DNA of 64,000 nt from Antedon mediterranea (Eukaryota; Animalia; Echinodermata): positions 24,998,070-25,062,069 of the forward strand of contig NC_092671.1 of NCBI RefSeq assembly GCF_964355755.1, given 5' to 3'. The translations under genes and the position numbers were made by a program. Within the stretch, counting starts at the first letter, position 1, and each line of letters opens with the position of its first letter. Below, piece by piece: positions 28,645 through 43,037 of this stretch. The notes beneath the pieces are model-generated. The model saw nothing but the letters and a program-made list of their open reading frames with translations, did no database searches and was not told where the DNA came from.

Positions 28645-30058
28645 ATGGTATACTAAATGTTCACACAGCATTTCAACATATGAAAAATTCAAAGAAGTAA
28701 AGTTATGCCTAATTAGCATACGGTATGCTAAATGTTCACACAGCATTTGAACATGTGAAAAATCCAAAGAAGTAAAGTTATGTCTAATTAGCATACGGTA
28801 TGCTAAATGTTCACACAGCATTTGAACATGTGAAAAATCCAAAGAAGTAAAGTTATGCCTAATTAGCATACGGTATGCTAAATGTTCACACAGCATTTGA
28901 ACATGTGAAAAATCCAAAGAAGTAAAGTTATGTCTAATTAGCATACGGTATGCTAAATGTTCACACAGCATTTGAACATGGGAAAAATCCAAAGAAGTAA
29001 AGTTATGCCTAATTAGCATACGGTATGCTAAATGTTCACACAGCATTTGAACATGTGAACAATCCAAAGAAGTAAAGTTATGCCTAATTAGCATACGGTA
29101 TGCTAAATGTTCACACAGCATTTGAACATGTGAAAAATCCAAAGAAGTAAAGTTATGCCTAATTAGCATACAGTATGCTAAATGTTCACACAGCATTTGA
29201 ACATGTGAAAAATCCAAAGAAGTAAAGTTATGCCTAATTAGCATACGGTATGCTAAATGTTCACACAGCATTTGAACATGTGAAAAATCCAAAGAAGTAA
29301 AGTTATGTCTAATTAGCATACGGTATGCTAAATGTTCACATAGCATTTGAACATGTGAAAAATCCAAAGAAGTAAAGTTATGTCTAATTAGCATACGGTA
29401 TGCTAAATGTTCACACAGCATTTGAACATGTGAAAAATCCAAAGAAGTAAAGTTATGCCTAATTAGCATACAGTATGCTAAATGTTCACACAGCATTTGA
29501 ACATGTGAAAAATCCAAAGAAGTAAAGTTATGCCTAATTAGCATACGGTATGCTAAATGTTCACACAGCATTTGAACATGTGAAAAATCCAAAGAAGTAA
29601 AGTTATGTCTAATTAGCATACGGTATGCTAAATGTTCACATAGCATTTGAACATGTGAAAAATCCAAAGAAGTAAAGTTATGTCTAATTAGCATACGGTA
29701 TGCTAAATGTTCACACAGCATTTGAACATGTGAAAAATCCAAAGAAGTAAAGTTATGCCTAATTAGCATACGGTATGCTAAATGTTCACACAGCATTTGA
29801 ACATGTGAAAAATCCAAAGAAGTAAAGTTATGTCTAATTAGCATACGGTATGCTAAATGTTCACACAGCATTTGAACATGTGAAAAATCCAAAGAAGTAA
29901 AGTTATGTCTAATTAGCATACGGTATGCTAAATGTTCACACAGCATTTGAACATGTGAAAAATCCAAAGAAGTAAAGTTATGCCTAATTAGCATACGGTA
30001 TGCTAAATGTTCACACAGCATTTGAACATGTGAAAAATTCAAAGAAGTAAAGTTATGC
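28645..30058. repeat. 75-bp satellite, ~19 copies, with internal palindromes
   Basis: AAAGAAGTAA recurs at 28691, 28766 and onward; the unit contains TAGCATAC-G-GTATGCTA. Confidence 0.98.
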
Positions 30059-32481
30059 ATTTGTTGTGAATATAAATTATAATTTGAGAATGTAGCATCT
30101 GTAATTTGATACAGATATAAAGATAAAAAAAAAATCCAAAAACATTTCCTGATCATCACTCTAGGAATAATCACATAAATATTATTTAATGGAGATTATA
30201 TGACAATTTCGTTTGTATGACTCATTTAAATGCATGTTTTACAGATGACTCTGTGAATTTGTGTCGCCTCATATCTTGGAAAAGGACTAGTTATTCTTTG
30301 ATGATTATGACAATTGTGTCGCCATACCATCTGGATTTTTACATAGCCCTAAACCAAAACTAAGTCTCAAAGATTATCTACTACATGGTTATTTCATGTC
30401 ATCCACAGCTCCTACTATTGAGTTTACTTACCGATTATAATTGATCTTGTTATTTCTTGTTGTACTATATCAACAGGAGGGGCACCTTGTTGCATAAGCG
30501 GCAAAGTAAATTGTCTAGTGTGAACCAAGCCCAGAATAATTAGACACTTTCTATGCAATTTTTGACTTTTTGTAAGTATAGTGCATAATTATCCTTCAAG
30601 AACATTAAACCAGGTAATTCCTTCTGAAATGTTTGTTCTATGATTAACTATTAATTATAGTTATTCTATAAAATGAGAAAACAATTATTTACTGTACACT
30701 AACTTATTCTAATTAGATGTTGTAAATCTATTTTGAAACCGTTTATTCGTCACTATGCAGAAGAAACAAACCCATAGTCTAATTTATGTTTAAAAAAAGT
30801 ATACATACATATTACAATTACCATATTTATTATGGTGTATACAGTATTTTTGGTAAAAGAAACTTGTCCCAGATAGCAGAAATTACACATAGCATTAGCT
30901 GCATTATATATCTCAAGCAAACATAATAAGACCACCAAGAAAATGAATAAGACACAAGACACAACATGTTGCATACTGTCACGTTTTCACTACTAATTAG
31001 GGAACCTGTTTGTTGTTTTTAAACAATTACTCAAATTCTTTGTAATGAACCAGGTTACTGTTCTTGATTTTTGGATTGAACTCTGATGCCATGATAAAGA
31101 CTACATTGTTTGTGAAAGAATCAAAGTCTTTCCTTGCACATGATCCCTATAAAATTTTGGAAAGACAAATTATGAATAATTTATATTTTTTATTGATAAG
31201 TTTAAATACTGTACACTTAAGCTTTCTGAAGCTGTATAACTTTATTAATTGTGGGTAACAGAAACATAAATTGTTGTTGAATGTTGTTGATTAAATGTAC
31301 AGAACTGACTACATAGCCTTGTTAATTGTTTACTAACACTACGTTTGATAAAACGATTAACTATATTAACTTTTATTGTCATGATAAAGGGTAGTTGAAA
31401 TAGCTATTTAAGCCTTGTGTTCAAATTGTAAAGAACAACAGCGTCTCATTTTCATTTTATTTTAGTTCATTAAATTTTACAAACAGACAAACATTTTAAA
31501 AAAAGGTACTATACAAGAAAACAATATTAACTGAATGAACTAGCGATAACCTAAGAAAGTTTATGGGAAAAAAAATATTTCCATTGGGGTCTCCAAATAC
31601 AAAAAGAAAACATTGCAACTTCCCTAATTTAAATTTTAAAAACAACATTACATAGTAACAATTTACAATATATTTAAAACATTTATTAATAATGTCAGAA
31701 ACACCTACTGTACTTTTAAATTGGCTACATAGTGGCCAAATAAAACCCAGTAAAAAGATATTAATCAAAATACCAATATTTTTTCTTTATTTCCTCTTTT
31801 ATATACTATTATACCCTATTGAAATGTCAATCAACATTTTTATTGTTTTCTTTAGTATTTATTAAACAATAAACTAATTACTTAAAATAAAGTAGATGAA
31901 ATAAATTAAAGTAACATGAAAACTAATTGTATTTTATACTAGGTTCAATTATGTCCAGTGAGTAGAATATATTGACAGAATGAAGCCACCAAGATGTTGG
32001 GCATTTTGTATTTAGTGGTGTTGTGCCTATATCCTGCAGTAATACTGTAGGCCTACATGTTATAAAGATTGATAGCCTAGCTATAACTTTTAGTTGAATC
32101 AAAAGCTGTTTATGGAAGCAGTTTGACAAAATTTCTTATCTGACAAAATCTCGCTCATGGCCCGATTGGTTCTAGAACGACTAACACATAATTGCGACTA
32201 GTTAGGCATGTCAAAGAAGCTTTCGTATTCTTTTCTGTATTAACATACTTTTTATGTGTTTTTATTTCGATAGATGGTTTAGAGTTGTACTAACCTCAGG
32301 TTATTTTCTAGACTACCTACAGTAGATCTGTAACAAAGGTGAGTACAATTGTTTTATATTCAAATTTGATAAATATTCCAATAATTTATAAGAAAAATCT
32401 TAATCATAATATGTTTCTTCACGTCATAAATTGATGTGAAGCAAATACTACTCCTAAAGCAAGATACAGTATTACTGATTT

Positions 32482-34740
32482 GGGTGTGTAGAAAGCGACG
32501 ACCTCGAATTGGACGACCCCAACGACCCGGGCGACCTAGAATTGGACGACCCATAACACGAAACCGACGACCCATAACACGAAACCGACGACCCATATAG
32601 CCTAGCCTAGGCCTAAGTGTGGTATAACATCCCGAAGCCGAACATAACCAAAGATCTTTAAACCATACCTTAATACTCGCAAGCAAGCAATTGATTGAAA
32701 AAATACAGAAATATCGCCATTTGATACTGAATGTGTCGACACGAACAAACGAACAGATATGGAACGCCAAGAGTGCATCATTAAAACTGCATTCGACTCG
32801 ATTAGCACACGAAATATCATAAATATATAGCGGCCGGTAAGGTTTGCTCAGTGGATTGGTCATCGTTAACCCAAATAATCAAATCAAGGCTATCTGTATG
32901 TTTGCCCCAAGATGGCGGCCAACAACATGACTACATTTTATGTTGCCAGATCTATGTAACTAGCTAGAGAGGATTTGTTCAGAATACATCATTTACTCAA
33001 ATGGATTTTTTCTCGAAAAATGACCGGAAGTATCACTTTTGATCTTTGACCTGATTATAATATAATTACCATATTTAAATTAACCTAAAACGATCGTTTT
33101 TTCATTTTAAATGTTCGCACTTGGTGAGTGGACCAATTTACAGAAGATAAAAATGAGGGCCACCATATCCCCAACAATACAAATTAGGTTTTAAGATAGG
33201 GTTCTCCTAACTATGCAACTATTCGTTGTAGAGAATTGTAATTTGAATAGAATTGTTCAGCATGTGCATTATATTTACTGTAATCGAAAATTTGAGGAAG
33301 ACATTAAAAAAAAGAAAAAAAGACATTATGAACAATGCTCAATAGATTTATAAAATGGACAGATACTTTTTTCGTAATATAGCTAGGCTAACATTAGTGA
33401 CTGACATTTTAATAACTCAATCTACGGGAAACTTTGCTGCAAAAAAAAGACATTAAAAGAAGAAAATCACTAGCAGCTATGGCATATAACAAGCTGAAGT
33501 CGTCGCTAGAACACAAAACGATGTCTATAGACGTGAAATCCCGTTTGTTTGACGCATACATAGCAAGTATTTTCTTATATAACAGTGAACTCTGGGTACT
33601 AAACAAAAAATTACAAGAGAGTATAGATATATATCACAGGAAAATGTTGCGAAAGATGATAGATATTAAATTAACAGATAGAGTGTGTAACACGAAAATA
33701 TACGAGATAACAAAACAAGAAGAATGGAGTAAAAGAATTAAACGAAGGAGACTAAAATGGTATGGACACATAATTAGATTACCGGATGATACCCCAATCA
33801 AACAAACAATGAAGGAAACTAACAGGAAAGTAAAACGACCCGTAGGAAGACCAAGAAATAACTGGATGAATCAAATAAAGAAAGACTTACAAGGACTATA
33901 GTAGACACTAACACAATAACAAACCATCCTGCCATAAACAGACAAAAATGGAAACAAATTGTGGAAAGCGTAATGTCGGAAGACGGAAAACGTTAGCAAC
34001 AACATTGTTCATAATACGTTATATTTATCAATCACACAATCAATTTATTTTTTCCAAATAAAAGCAGTTTACAAATAGAGATAAACAAGATTAATTAAAT
34101 TGAAGAAGGCATGGTCAAAAAGCAGATGCTTGTGGCAGACATGCCTGTAAACAAAGATGGTATTTCGACAAACATATTAAAAATAAATTAAAAAGAAATA
34201 AATTGGTTAAACCATGGACGTATAATTACATCTCGTCTTCTTATAACGAACACTATAGGCCTACCAAGCAGCGTGTTCCGAACATGTGCATGGGGAGGGC
34301 CATAAGAAAGCTTTACATTTCACACATGCATTGTATACGGCCAAACCTTACCCACCGCTGAAAAAGGGACCGTTTTGACCTGGTTTGCCATGTTTATGAT
34401 ATTTTGTGTGCTAATCGAGTCGAATGCAGTTTTAAGGATGCACTCTTGGCGTTCCATATCTGTTCGTTTGTTGGTGTCGACACATTCAGTATCATCAAAT
34501 GGCGATATTTCTGTATTTTTTCAATCAATTGCTTGCTTGCGAGTATTATATAAGGTATGGTTTAAAGATCTTTGGCTATGTTCGACTTCAGGATGTTATA
34601 CCACACTTAAGCCTAGACTAGGCTAGGCTATGGGGGACGTCGGTTTTGTGTTATGGGTTGTCCAATTCTAGGTCGTCCAATTCGAGGTCGCCCATGTCGT
34701 TGGGGTCGTCCAATTCGAGGTCATCGCTTTCTACACACCC
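32482..34740. mobile_element. Foldback-like element, or two inverted copies, with ~360-400-bp inverted arms (32482-32845 and 34340-34740)
   Basis: GGGTGTGTAGAAAGCGA at the left end and TCGCTTTCTACACACCC at the right; the arms give the mirror ORFs 32602-32820(-) and 34375-34626(+). No clear TSD. Confidence 0.75.
33424..33995 (+). mobile_element. LINE (RTE-like) ORF2 3' fragment
   Basis: LFDAYIASIFLYNSELW...IKRRRLKWYGHIIRL...KRPVGRPRNNW is the typical region after the RT domain. Confidence 0.85.
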
Positions 34741-37700
34741 TGAATGAAATGCATGAATGGCTCTTAGCTAGGCCTAAAAGGGGACGGGATCTTAGTCACT
34801 ATGTTTAAATACAAGGTACATTTATTTATGTCATTTGTTAGAAAATATAATGGTAATCAGTTGATACATGTAGTTTGTAGCCTAGTGTTTTTTAACAGTT
34901 GTATTTGTAGCCTAGTTAGGCCTTATTTATTCTGGCCTTTTTGTTGTTTTTGTTGAAATCCATCTCTCACACATTGACGATACAAGATGTCAGCCTAGGT
35001 CAAACCTTGTTTCGCGTCATAACAGGAAACGTTCTGATTGGATACAACGTTGACTTACAGTAGCGTACGCGTACACTAAAACGGTACTATCAACGGTGGA
35101 ACGGTACTATTCCACTACAACGCTACAACCGTTGTATGACGCGTTGTACGCTAATCCCCAACTGTTCAGTGACACATTCTTTTAGCGTCGTACGCTAAAA
35201 CGGTCTAACGTCATGGGTCTGAACAGGGCCTTAGTCTTGAACATGATTATCTTTCACATGTTATATTCATCAATAAAAACATTATCCTAAATGTGGCATT
35301 ACCATTAACTTAAAATAAGTTTTGAGTTAAGTTTTCTTTGTAGTTAATATTCAAAATTTCCTTATGACAATAACATACATTAAAACATAAAAGACAAAAA
35401 GTAAAGTTATTGTTAGATAATAGTGTTGAATACTTTATAATTTATAAAAATATTTTACGACGTGTAAAAAATAAATTCTGGTTGGAATGAATGTTGATAT
35501 CTTGCAAGATGGATTTGTGGATATGGTCTAAAATTAACAAATAAAGTTTGTCTACTATATCGTTCATAATAAAATTAACTTTTGTAATACATGATAGTGA
35601 TACAATATTGTAAAGCGTTTCGTCTGTAAACACATGTGATGTAACATATTGCTTAGATGCACGAGTTTGCGATCATTCTTCAACAGTACAGGCTTTGATT
35701 TGCGTTGCGTCAGGAATGCCAATTTAAAAAAAAAACAATAGTGTTTCGCAATTTTTCTAATTAAAGAAATTACTAAGTACATTATTTTGACAAATAAAAT
35801 ATATAATCTTTTGACTACACTGTACAGTTGCACTATTGTACTGTACAGCATTGTACTATTAATTCGTACATGATTCAACTTACCTGAGTTGAATAGAAAG
35901 TTGTCAATTATATTACCATTTGAATTGCACATGTGTAGAAATGGTAAATACTTCTTTTGTGTTTTTTTTAATTGATTTGTAAAAGTATGCCAAGCCCTTA
36001 GGCCATTGTGCCTTTAAATAGAAAGCAAATCCCCTGTTTCCTATTTTGACCACAGAAATTTAGAACATGGGTGGAATGTCAATTTCAATACTGTACTTCT
36101 AAAAAGACCTTTGAAACATTCAGGATTTTGAAAACAAATTGATGAATGGGTTTTTATGTAAGTCTTGGGGATTTACAAAAACAGTCCACTTTGAGATTTG
36201 CCAGCAAGTTCATTACACAAAAAAAAGAGACAAAGAAACCTGACATTAATTACTAGTTAAAATATCTCATTGAGCAGTTTATGAAAATAATTTGTCTCAT
36301 AAATTCTAGAAATAATCTATTTTCCAGATGACAGTGGATTTAGATCAATTTGCCCTTTTTTGACAGAAATATAGATTAGAAGTTGTTTTTTTTTTCATTG
36401 TATAGTCTACTTTCCAAATGACATTGGATTTTTTTAATACATCATATAAATTTGTTCTTTTTTTGTCTGCAAATTTAGATTATATAAGTTGTTTTTCCAT
36501 TTATTTTTAGTGTTTTGGCCAAATATGATCCTAAAGTTATAAAATTCAATTGCAATGTAAAACAAAACCCTCATTTATTCAAGTAGATATTTAAAAAGAG
36601 CATAATTACAAAGACGTGTCCTTGTGATTGGATTTTATATAATAACCAGAACAAGTTTTATTACAGTTGTATTTTTATAGAGTTTAATTTTTTATACACA
36701 ACTGTCTTGTTCATTTGTGCGCTCCAGTCTAAATAACTTTTTTTAGGCATGTTAGAAAATTAAACAGTCATTAAGAAGTGAATCCAACCACTGTTTATCC
36801 TCAATGACATTATTTTGTCATGCAGCTATTATATATAATAATGTATAATAAAAAGTGGTGGAACAATTGCTTAGAAAGTTTGTGCACTGACTTGTACACA
36901 CCTGTTTTAGCACACCTCGGTACAGCATACATATATGATTTACATTTATAGACACGGCTTGTTGTAGATTACTAGAATGCCATTTTGTTATGGTCTACCA
37001 CCAAACAAAGAACTTTCAAGAAATTACAACTTCTTTTAAAAATTGCAGCTCAACTGGTATCTGGCACTTCAAGGTTTGCTCACATTACACCAATATAAAC
37101 TCCACTGCATTCCAATTAAACAACAAAATTATATTCACAAACTAATGTTAATTACATATAAATCACTTAATGACAAATCACTACCATATATTTCCACCTT
37201 AATTATATGTAGATCTTCAGTAAGAGATCTCTTAGGTTTTTCTTCCATTTTTATTTTAAAGCACTTAGGGAGATTGTTAAAAGTGCTATATAAATTTGAC
37301 AACATAATATTAGTACCCTACAGTAGATGGTGTGTTATTATTTGACAACATAATATTAGTACCCTACAGTAAATGGTGTGTTATTATTTCTGACATCCTC
37401 ACATTATATTATTACCGTATTGTAATCTTTACTGTCTCAATCATGGCAGATTTGAAACATTTCCCGCAGTTTTTAAAAAACAATTATAATTTGTCTAAAA
37501 TTTATCCAATCAAAGAAGAAGTTAATCTACAACTAAATTGAATAATTTGTGTTTTATTTATTTGGAATTGTCATTCAAAAAATTAATATTTTGACATATT
37601 TATAATAGGTATACTTTACTTTAATGATTTCCTTTTTAAAATCTAATAACTTTCCTGTATTGCAGCATATTCCATTTCTGTATCAAAGTATGACCTGTGC

Positions 37701-39293
37701 TCATTGACCCGTGACAAGATCCTGTATGACAAAACTTACTGGCATTCCTTGTACAAAGAGTTTATTGAATAGGTGTTTACTGTATAGTTTAGCTATGACA
37801 ATCATCCTGATAACATCTATGCAATCTGTGCTTGTGGCTTGATGTTATTTTGTAAAGATTGTGACTTATGGGAAAGTATTTTTTACCAGATTAATAGTAA
37901 ACTAATACTGTTGGTCAAATTATCTATTGATTAGTTCTTCTTGTTTTTTCAAATGGATATACAGCAGCAGCAGTAGTAGTAAAGACACAGAGGTAGGTCC
38001 AGCCTGTTTTAGTATAAATAGACAAATGCATACAATATTGTTTACAATGTATAGGAAGAAAACAAAATCTATTGTTAATCTGTCATGAATATGTGGTTTC
38101 TGTGTATTCTGGAAATACTGAATTACCGGTACTTAATTAAAAAAATTTGTTTAGTTCACTGTATGATTAGAAATTATAACAATTTTACAGTGGACTTCCC
38201 TACTGGAGGCAAAAACTAAAAAACGCAAACTCCCAAAATGTTCCAAATTCTTATTTACAATCAAAAATACATTCTGAATATACTATACAGACAAATTATT
38301 ATTAGGCCAAGCCCATATGTCCGGTTTTGAAAGATTTGACAAATGGGACTAAGAAACAGTAATTTGTTTTTACTCTTATGAAATTGTACTGTGTATTACT
38401 TTGACATTGCGATTTTTAGTTTAATACTCAAGATTCCAGGCACAGCCATGTCTTTTTAAAATAAAATAATGACTTTTTATTTTTCTGCAACCTCACCGAT
38501 TGATTTTTCATCATTTATGAAATATTTAGCGTCCCCCTAATCTACTGTGTATAATGCTGGATCAGGCCCTGGATAAAACAGTCCACATAGTTTATAATAC
38601 AGTAGTAATCTTAAATTATTAAGTTCACTTTTATCGTAAAATCTGCATTTTTGATATGGAGAATGTGTTACTAGTGTGTTTCCAATCATGCTTTATTAAA
38701 TTATTAATCTATTACAACAGAGTTTACACAGCGGTAGTCGGTTTATACATAAGGTAGTGCGTTGTTGCACTTTTGTCTGTGTTGCCTGCAGGTTCGTTTT
38801 CAGGAAGCAATCTGTTTAGTATTGTCAGATATGATGATTGTTATTTAGTAGGTGAAACAGGTGAAGTTAAACAAGTGGGCTGCCTTAATGAATCATGCCT
38901 GTTTACACATTTTTTCATGTTTTTGACTGTCTTAGAACCACAAGAGTTCTAGGAATAAGCGTTCTCAGATTACAAAAATGACAGTGTGTTGACTGTTTAG
39001 TTTTGTTTATTGTACGTTACTGGTTTTTGTGTACTGTATTTTGTTTTTTATTCTTTTTTATGGATGCATTTTCATCTTTGTCAAAAGTGTAAACTCCAAA
39101 TAATAGGTTTTCTATCTATCCATCTTTCCTTTATGGGTTTTAATGTCATTTTCATTGTATCTAATACTAGTAGTAACCCCTATTAATGGTACAGCATACC
39201 ATTACTGTAGGACCCAACAAAGTGTCCCTTTTTAACAGGGATGTCTCCTAAATTGAAACAGTAGTATAATTTTCAGCAAAGTACAATATTGTA

Positions 39294-39487
39294 GTGGTGA
39301 TGCCCTAGTGGTGATGCCCTAGTGGTGATGCCCTAGTGGTGATGCCCTAGTGGTGATGCCCTAGTGGTGATGCCCTAATGGTGATGCCCTAATGGTGATG
39401 CCCTAATGGTGATGCCCTAATGGTGATGCCCTAATGGTGATGCCCTAATGGTGATGCCCTAATGGTGATGCCCTAATGGTGATGCCC
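39294..39487. repeat. 14-bp minisatellite (RTGGTGATGCCCTA)n, ~14 copies
   Basis: Directly visible; a block of G-variant units is followed by a block of A-variant units. Confidence 0.98.
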
Positions 39488-39873
39488 CAAAGGTTTTGTT
39501 TTATTAAATTACAACTGTTCATTTTATCATCTGTCTTGAAAAAAAACTTACTGGCACATTGCGCTTACATAATTAAGTTTTTTTTTTTTTGCAGGTCATT
39601 TAGCGAACTAAAGTATTATTATATATTTAACAATGTTTGAATTGCAATATCATATGACAGGTTACATCGTTAACATTACATAATAGTTTTTATTAAATAG
39701 TACCCAGGGATCATTTACTAGTGTAAGCCTACAGTACTATAGCCAAATGCTACTCAACACCATCTTATCACTAAACATTTGTAAAATCATAATTTTAGCA
39801 ATCACTAAATTTAGATTGATCTGCTGTTCATAATCAATTTAAAAAAAAAACAAAATTAAATGTGAATGTTGGA

Positions 39874-40012
39874 TGTCTAGAAAACTCAGATCTCAGATAT
39901 ATCTGAGTTTTCTAGATCTAGAAAACTCAGATATCTGACTTTTCTAGATCTAGAAAACTCAGATATCAAGATCTGAGTTTTCTAGTTCCAAAATGGAACT
40001 AGAAAACCCAGA
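39874..40012. repeat. Alternating inverted array of TCTAGAAAACTCAGAT
   Basis: About seven copies in alternating orientation, forming nested palindromes. Confidence 0.85.
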
Positions 40013-42411
40013 TCATTATATGATTGGTTGGTAGGTTTGGGTGTGATATTCACCCAAACGGCGTACACCCAAACGGCGTACACCCAAACGGCGTACAACT
40101 AAAAAACTAAAACAGTGAAAACAAAAACAAAGTTTGAAGTCTACCATGCAATTATAATCGTTTTCAGCTGAAATCAGCACAGTAATATTATAGTTAAACT
40201 TAAACATCTTTCTTTTATAACTGATTCTATATTCCACTGTCTACCGCCGACCAGCGTGGTGACCCACCCTTCAGAAGGATGTGTATACTGTACACTTCCA
40301 AGCAGTGGCTGTCAGGATTCAATAGTTTATATTAATCATATCATCATGGGTGATATGAATGTTGAAATATTGAATCATGTTCACAATCATGTATTTCATT
40401 GCTCCACAAAACAAATTTTAAATGAAATTTGTTTTACATTTTTCATTTTTTTTTTATATGTACTGTAAATGAAATAGAAAAATACTATAGATTCCAAATA
40501 TTAATATAAAAAAACAATAATATTAATAATCAATGAATAAATTATGTTTTTTAATTAATTTAAATGAAAATGAAATATTACAAGTTTGTAGCTGAATTTG
40601 AGTTTCAAAACCTTGTATGAGCATCAGCTAACAAAAGTGTTCCAGGAGTAAACTTGACTCTTTTACTGCTTTATGATTGTCTGTCACTGTTATACAGTAT
40701 GCAAGATACCCCTGTCAACAACATTTTGAATACAGTACAACAACTCAATTTCAGGGGAAACGGAATATGAAAACATTGATTACTTTTGGTTTAGTATAGT
40801 ACCTTTCCTGAGAAACTACCTCCATGGTATAAATTATCTAATGTTGAATCATGTTATCAAAATATTGTACCTCATATTTGATAACATTTTGTGACTGACA
40901 TGATTTATAGTGTACAAGTATCTGTTCTGGGATTGGCCAGACAGTAAGATTCATGCTTGTACAGTATCATACCTTGTTTTTAATACACAAATTGTTTAGT
41001 TATATAACATGCCTTAATAAATCATGATTGATTTATTTAAGTGCTTTTGTTTTCCATTGCATGTCTTAGTTTATTTATTTTCAATTTGCAACATTTATTG
41101 CATTACAGTTTACTCTTTATACAATAAAGAAATAAAATATATAATTTCTTTATAAGTTAATATATAAGTTCACTCAATAAATAAATTGCATACATTCAAC
41201 AAAGTATAAAGTATAATAATAAAGTACAGTATATATAAATTGTTTCCAATACCGTACTCTTAGTATTTAGATAATGTTGTGCAATTTGTACATTTTAGTT
41301 GATTTATATTTTTTATAAATTCATTGTCAATGTAATAGATCTAGCATTAGACTATGTTTAGGATGCTTAGTTCCCGTATGGCAAGATATAGGATTATTGT
41401 TAAAATTATTCTAATTTGATCGGCAGGTTGTACGCCGGTAATTACTTAACTTCTTGAAATTGTATGTTTATTATGTATGTACCTTTTTTTTATGACCCCT
41501 CTATAATGTTAGTGTTTTTAATGTTTTTACAAATGCCAAAGGATTTTCCAATTAAAATATTATTCGACGAATACAAATATATCTTATATTATTATCTTAT
41601 CTAAAATATTACACATCACTATATAATAAGCTTTAATCTTTATTATATGAATACTGTATTGCATATTATAAACAAACATCAATTTGTGTTGTATTATAGT
41701 ATAACAATCAACAAAATACAACATTCAAGGTGATATCCTCCATCTTTAATAGTAAAACTGTTTACACATGACGGGATGGTGGTAAACATTAAAAGCATTG
41801 TTCATAATTGTTTGAAATCACTTATTTCTCTGTCTCCAAGGTTGTTCTTTATTCAAGTTGTATTTTCAGTCTTTCCATTCATTAGTCTATTGGTCTGTAT
41901 GCTTTGATGCAATCTCGATGCTCTTATGTGGCTTGTTACACCATTTTCTGAAACATTTCTAGTGCCATTAGTTATACAGTACTTGAATTAACAGAATGGT
42001 GGCGCTCGTAAAGGAATACTTGAACCATGATAAACACATACTGTAGACTTCAAGTTGAAAAAATCTACTAAATTTGGAATATTCTCTTATATTACATAAG
42101 TCCTGTAGAGAAGTACTGTAACTTTAGAAGCTAGTTTAGCTGGAGCAACCTCTGACCTTAGAGCATCAAAAGATCGTTTGTCTGGCTTTATCTACTTTAA
42201 TTCCAATAATCCGGTTCATGGATATGAGTTGATATAAACTTCACCGCAGTTTCATCTAAGTCAATTTTTTTCAATGAAACATTATGTATGCAAACATGTT
42301 TTGATGTGAACATCTGAGAGAAAAATGTCCATATTGTTTAACATTTCTTTATATTTTTACTAATTAATTCAGAAACTTTTTTTTTGCGCTTGCTGTCAAA
42401 ATAAAATTTAA

Positions 42412-43037
42412 AGACCCCTTCCCTGCAATTTTGGACGTTTTTTGGAAAATAATACATATATATCACTTTAAAAACATTAAACCATGTCATTCCTTGTCTT
42501 AAATGTACGTTTTATGGTAAATTATGATAAAAAGTGAGAAACAATGCACTACCTAAGTAGCTCGCGGCGATCGACCTCTCGTGGACGGTCTCAGGCCTAG
42601 CCTAGCTAGGCTTAGTTTTGTAGGCCTAGCTGGTAAACATCGGTAACGTACGAACATCGTACGCTAGCTATATACCTAGCCTGACGTTGTATAGTTGCTG
42701 CATTAATTGTCTTTCTATTTTTGCCAGACTCCGTTGATACAAATTGGGGAAAACCCGGTATTTTCGCTGAAAAGTTAGGAGTCTTCCATTTGTTTTGGCT
42801 TCACGATCGATCGAAAAGTGGGCGAATTACAGGTGAAAAACAACAATATCAATCCGCGCGCAATGCATTTTGGGATTTATAGCGGGCCGCTATAATTATT
42901 AAAATCGATTTATTTTTCACATTTTTAACCGTTTAAAGACGAAAAAAGTTATCGCAATAGGACCATATAGTATTATTTTTACATTAAATATAGTTTGTGA
43001 TCTTAAATTAGATCTAAAAAACGTAGGGAATGGGGCT
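42412..43037. mobile_element. Kolobok-like non-autonomous DNA transposon
   Basis: TTAA|AGACCCCTTCCCT ... AGGGAATGGGGCT|TTAA, with a CpG-rich interior. Confidence 0.75.

Noticed and set aside
26198-30058. Tandem arrays as CRISPR arrays
   Set aside because: No unique spacers, no cas genes, and a eukaryotic intron context.
28636-30174. 512-aa ORF with 25-aa Cys/His-containing repeats as a real gene or zinc-finger array
   Set aside because: It is a translation of a near-identical 75-bp satellite whose unit length is divisible by 3. The spacing does not fit C2H2 fingers, the start is non-ATG, and the + frames contain stops.
32360-34626. Paralogous ORFs 32360-32863, 32602-32820 and 34375-34626
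   Set aside because: They come from the inverted arms of one repeat structure and are frameshifted relative to each other.
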